This document shows positions 7,371 to 9,319 of a DNA stretch of 9,319 nt, one piece after another. This stretch comes from an uncultured archaeon (lineage in GTDB: Archaea > Asgardarchaeota > Lokiarchaeia > Sigyniarchaeales > Promethearchaeaceae). Made by a program: the position numbers and the translations under genes. The stretch lies in assembly GCA_964426185.1 (NCBI GenBank), contig CAYRPF010000099.1, positions 1 through 9,319 on the forward strand, written 5' to 3'. Within the stretch, counting starts at the first letter, position 1. Every line of letters starts with the position of its first letter. The notes beneath the pieces were generated by a model. It made no database searches, was not told the origin of the DNA, and worked only from the letters and a program-made list of their open reading frames with translations.

Positions 7371-7519
7371 TTTTAGTAATGTTTAAGAAGAAGATATTGA
7401 TAAATGTAGCGTTAACTTTCGAATTTTCAAAAAATAAATTGATTAAGGTTTTAAAATAAATAAAAGTGAAAAAAGAGGCTTCCAATAATGAAAAAAAGAC
7501 TTTTATCAAGCGAAGTTAT

Positions 7520-7537
7520 GCGATATTTGCGATATTT
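7520..7537. repeat. Perfect 9-bp tandem duplication (GCGATATTT x2)
   Basis: 7520-7528 and 7529-7537 are identical and lie just downstream of the membrane-protein stop codon. Confidence 0.7.
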
Positions 7538-7550
7538 ATAATATTTACTC

Positions 7551-8096
7551 CTATTCTTCTTTTTTTTCTTTGATTGCAATGATTGCGCCTATTATACTGA
7601 GCAAACCTGCACCAGCTATTACAAATAATCCATAACCATAGCCGACGGAATAACTAGAACCACTTGTTGATAATCCATAAGCTATTAATGAAGCATAAAT
7701 AAAACTATCGAAAAAGATTATCATTAATAGACTGGATATCAAAATAAATATTCCACCTATTAACGCTGCCACAGGATTTCGAAAGCTTGCAAATAAAAGT
7801 AAAATTATTCCAATCAGCATAACAATTGGCATTGAAGTAGTAACCATGGTCATGGTGGTGATTGAAAATGTTAATCCTGCTGTAGCATATGCTTGATTTA
7901 ATGCGTCTGCACCTTGCACCATATAAACAACAAACATTATTAATCCAAATGAGCCGAAAATAAAACTATATCCGGCATAATTAAGACTTATATCACCTTG
8001 CGGAGTTCCATACACTTTTATAACCAAAAATGGAAAGATTGTGGCAATTAACATTACCAATAGACTTACTAAAATTATTATTTTTCCAGTTTTCAT
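7551..8096 (-). CDS. Hypothetical integral membrane protein, 4-5 TM, claudin/tetraspan-like layout
   Basis: AGGAG at 8109..8105, 8 nt before ATG. Basic N-terminus (MKTGK), hydrophobic segments at about aa 6-26, 44-60, 85-106, 110-130 and 155-175, and a charged tail KEKKEE. Confidence 0.85.
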   Translation of the reverse strand: MKTGKIIILVSLLVMLIATIFPFLVIKVYGTPQGDISLNYAGYSFIFGSFGLIMFVVYMVQGADALNQAYATAGLTFSITTMTMVTTSMPIVMLIGIILLLFASFRNPVAALIGGIFILISSLLMIIFFDSFIYASLIAYGLSTSGSSYSVGYGYGLFVIAGAGLLSIIGAIIAIKEKKEE

Positions 8097-8158
8097 TTGA
8101 TACGCTCCTATTGTTGCTGTAATTTAATATTCATCTACATCAATTTAAGCAATGAAAA

Positions 8159-8179
8159 TATCACCCCTTTAAGGTGGTA
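8159..8179. promoter_or_regulatory. Imperfect palindrome TATCACC-N7-GGTGGTA, candidate operator
   Basis: 6 of 7 arm positions pair. On the minus strand it lies immediately downstream of TTTAAA (8186..8181) and upstream of the membrane-protein gene. Confidence 0.4.
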
Positions 8180-8362
8180 CTTTAAAATGTCAAAAATGGT
8201 AAAAAAATTTGATACAACATTCTGTTTGATGTCTCGTATTGGTGAACTAATGATTTCTCTGGTTTTTAATTGTTGTATCTCTAATGTTTATAGCATTATT
8301 GGTTGTAATTTAATTAATTATTCGATTTTTGGGAATTTTAAGTTATCTCTGATTATTTTTAA

Positions 8363-9268
8363 CTATATCAATTTTTTCATTAATTCAGGATGATACTTTA
8401 GCATTTCTTGAAATGATTTATGCGCTTTTTTATTTGTAATTCTGAACATTTTGAGAAATTCATTACAGATATAACGAGATTCCAAAAATAATCCTAAACA
8501 GAATGTTCTTAACAACGGATTCTCGAAAAAAAAGCCGATCAAAAGTGAATCAATAATAACAAAACCATAACGCAACAATGAAGGATTAATCATATAATAA
8601 TTCGTTCGATTTTTCAGTTTTTCCTCTCGTGATTGAATAAATTGAATTTGATGCTGTGGTAAATTCATTAGTAAATCTTCATTAAACACGATTATCTGAG
8701 AAATCTCTATTGAATTATCTTTCAGTAATCGTTCAATTGTATCTGTAACACCTTCTTTCACACCAACCTTATATAAATTCCAATCTCCAACAAAATGTAG
8801 TGTTTTCTGCGCTTGAATAATATAAGAGTTTAATTCTTGGAATATCTCAGTAGGTGAACCCACAACCAGATCATAACTGGTGATAAATGGAGGATGCTTT
8901 CGCTTATCCATTTCTTCTGATTCAAATTGGAGCGTCTGCATAAGGTCAGCAATTCTCACTTGCATATCATCAAATTCTGAGACCTTCTTGGTTAAATGTG
9001 CTTTTTTTTCTGCTAAAATCCCTTTTAAATCACATGGCCAATACTGTTTTGGATGAGTTTCTGCAATCATTATCAATTCTCCTGCAGAAAGATCATCTAA
9101 CAATTGATAAACCTTATTTTGAGGAATGTTGGTCAACTCACCTAAGCGAGGGGCGCTTATACCAGGATGACGTAATATTTCACTGAAGAGCTTCGCTTTC
9201 TGTCCTTTCAAGGATAAAAGATCTAATAATGTTGCCAGATCGTGGTGGGAATTAGAACCTATGCTCAT
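8363..9268 (-). CDS. TrmB-family transcriptional regulator (N-terminal wHTH, coiled coil, PLD-like effector domain)
   Basis: LKGQKAKLFSEIL..PGISAPRLGELTNIPQNKVYQLLDDL...ELI....THPKQYWP matches the TrmB wHTH pattern. A helical linker follows, then IIQAQKTLHFVG...FVIIDS. ATG 9268 is preferred over TTG 9277 because TTTATTTA at 9300..9293 sits about 25 nt upstream. Confidence 0.88.
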   Translation of the reverse strand: MSIGSNSHHDLATLLDLLSLKGQKAKLFSEILRHPGISAPRLGELTNIPQNKVYQLLDDLSAGELIMIAETHPKQYWPCDLKGILAEKKAHLTKKVSEFDDMQVRIADLMQTLQFESEEMDKRKHPPFITSYDLVVGSPTEIFQELNSYIIQAQKTLHFVGDWNLYKVGVKEGVTDTIERLLKDNSIEISQIIVFNEDLLMNLPQHQIQFIQSREEKLKNRTNYYMINPSLLRYGFVIIDSLLIGFFFENPLLRTFCLGLFLESRYICNEFLKMFRITNKKAHKSFQEMLKYHPELMKKLI

Positions 9269-9319
9269 AAATAACAATTCTAACTATGAGGTTAAATAAA
9301 TAATTATACAATTCTGTCT

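Noticed and set aside
8097-8393. 98-aa plus-strand ORF across the TrmB/membrane-protein intergenic region
   Set aside because: TTG start abutting the divergent ATG with no room for a promoter or RBS, Ile/Asn/Phe/Cys-rich composition typical of non-coding AT-rich DNA, and overlap with the TrmB 3' end.
8998-9186. 62-aa plus-strand ORF inside the TrmB gene
   Set aside because: Antisense shadow over the conserved wHTH region.

Overview
AT-rich window with archaeal features: TrmB regulator, Pelota/aRF1-type protein, GGTGA/GGAGG ribosome-binding sites, TTTAAA/TTTATA boxes and oligo-T terminators. An Asgard/Lokiarchaeia-like origin is my inference and was not tested. Eight intact-looking CDSs: a DHA-type MFS transporter (+), an RNase J-like beta-CASP metallo-beta-lactamase (-), a Pelota/aRF1-like protein with only the M and C domains (+), an acyl-CoA dehydrogenase (-), a small helical orphan (-), a YdjC/ChbG-family deacetylase (-), a small polytopic membrane protein with claudin-like features (-) and a TrmB-family regulator (-). 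No rRNA, tRNA, CRISPR array or transposase was seen. Best leads: (1) the N-domain-less, GGQ-less Pelota paralog sits head-to-head with the beta-CASP nuclease; (2) the YdjC gene seems to need a non-canonical ATC start and carries an in-frame 8 x 9-bp tandem repeat; (3) an imperfect 27/29-bp inverted repeat, resembling two facing promoters, flanks the orphan gene; (4) the claudin-like membrane protein has a TrmB-type palindrome upstream.
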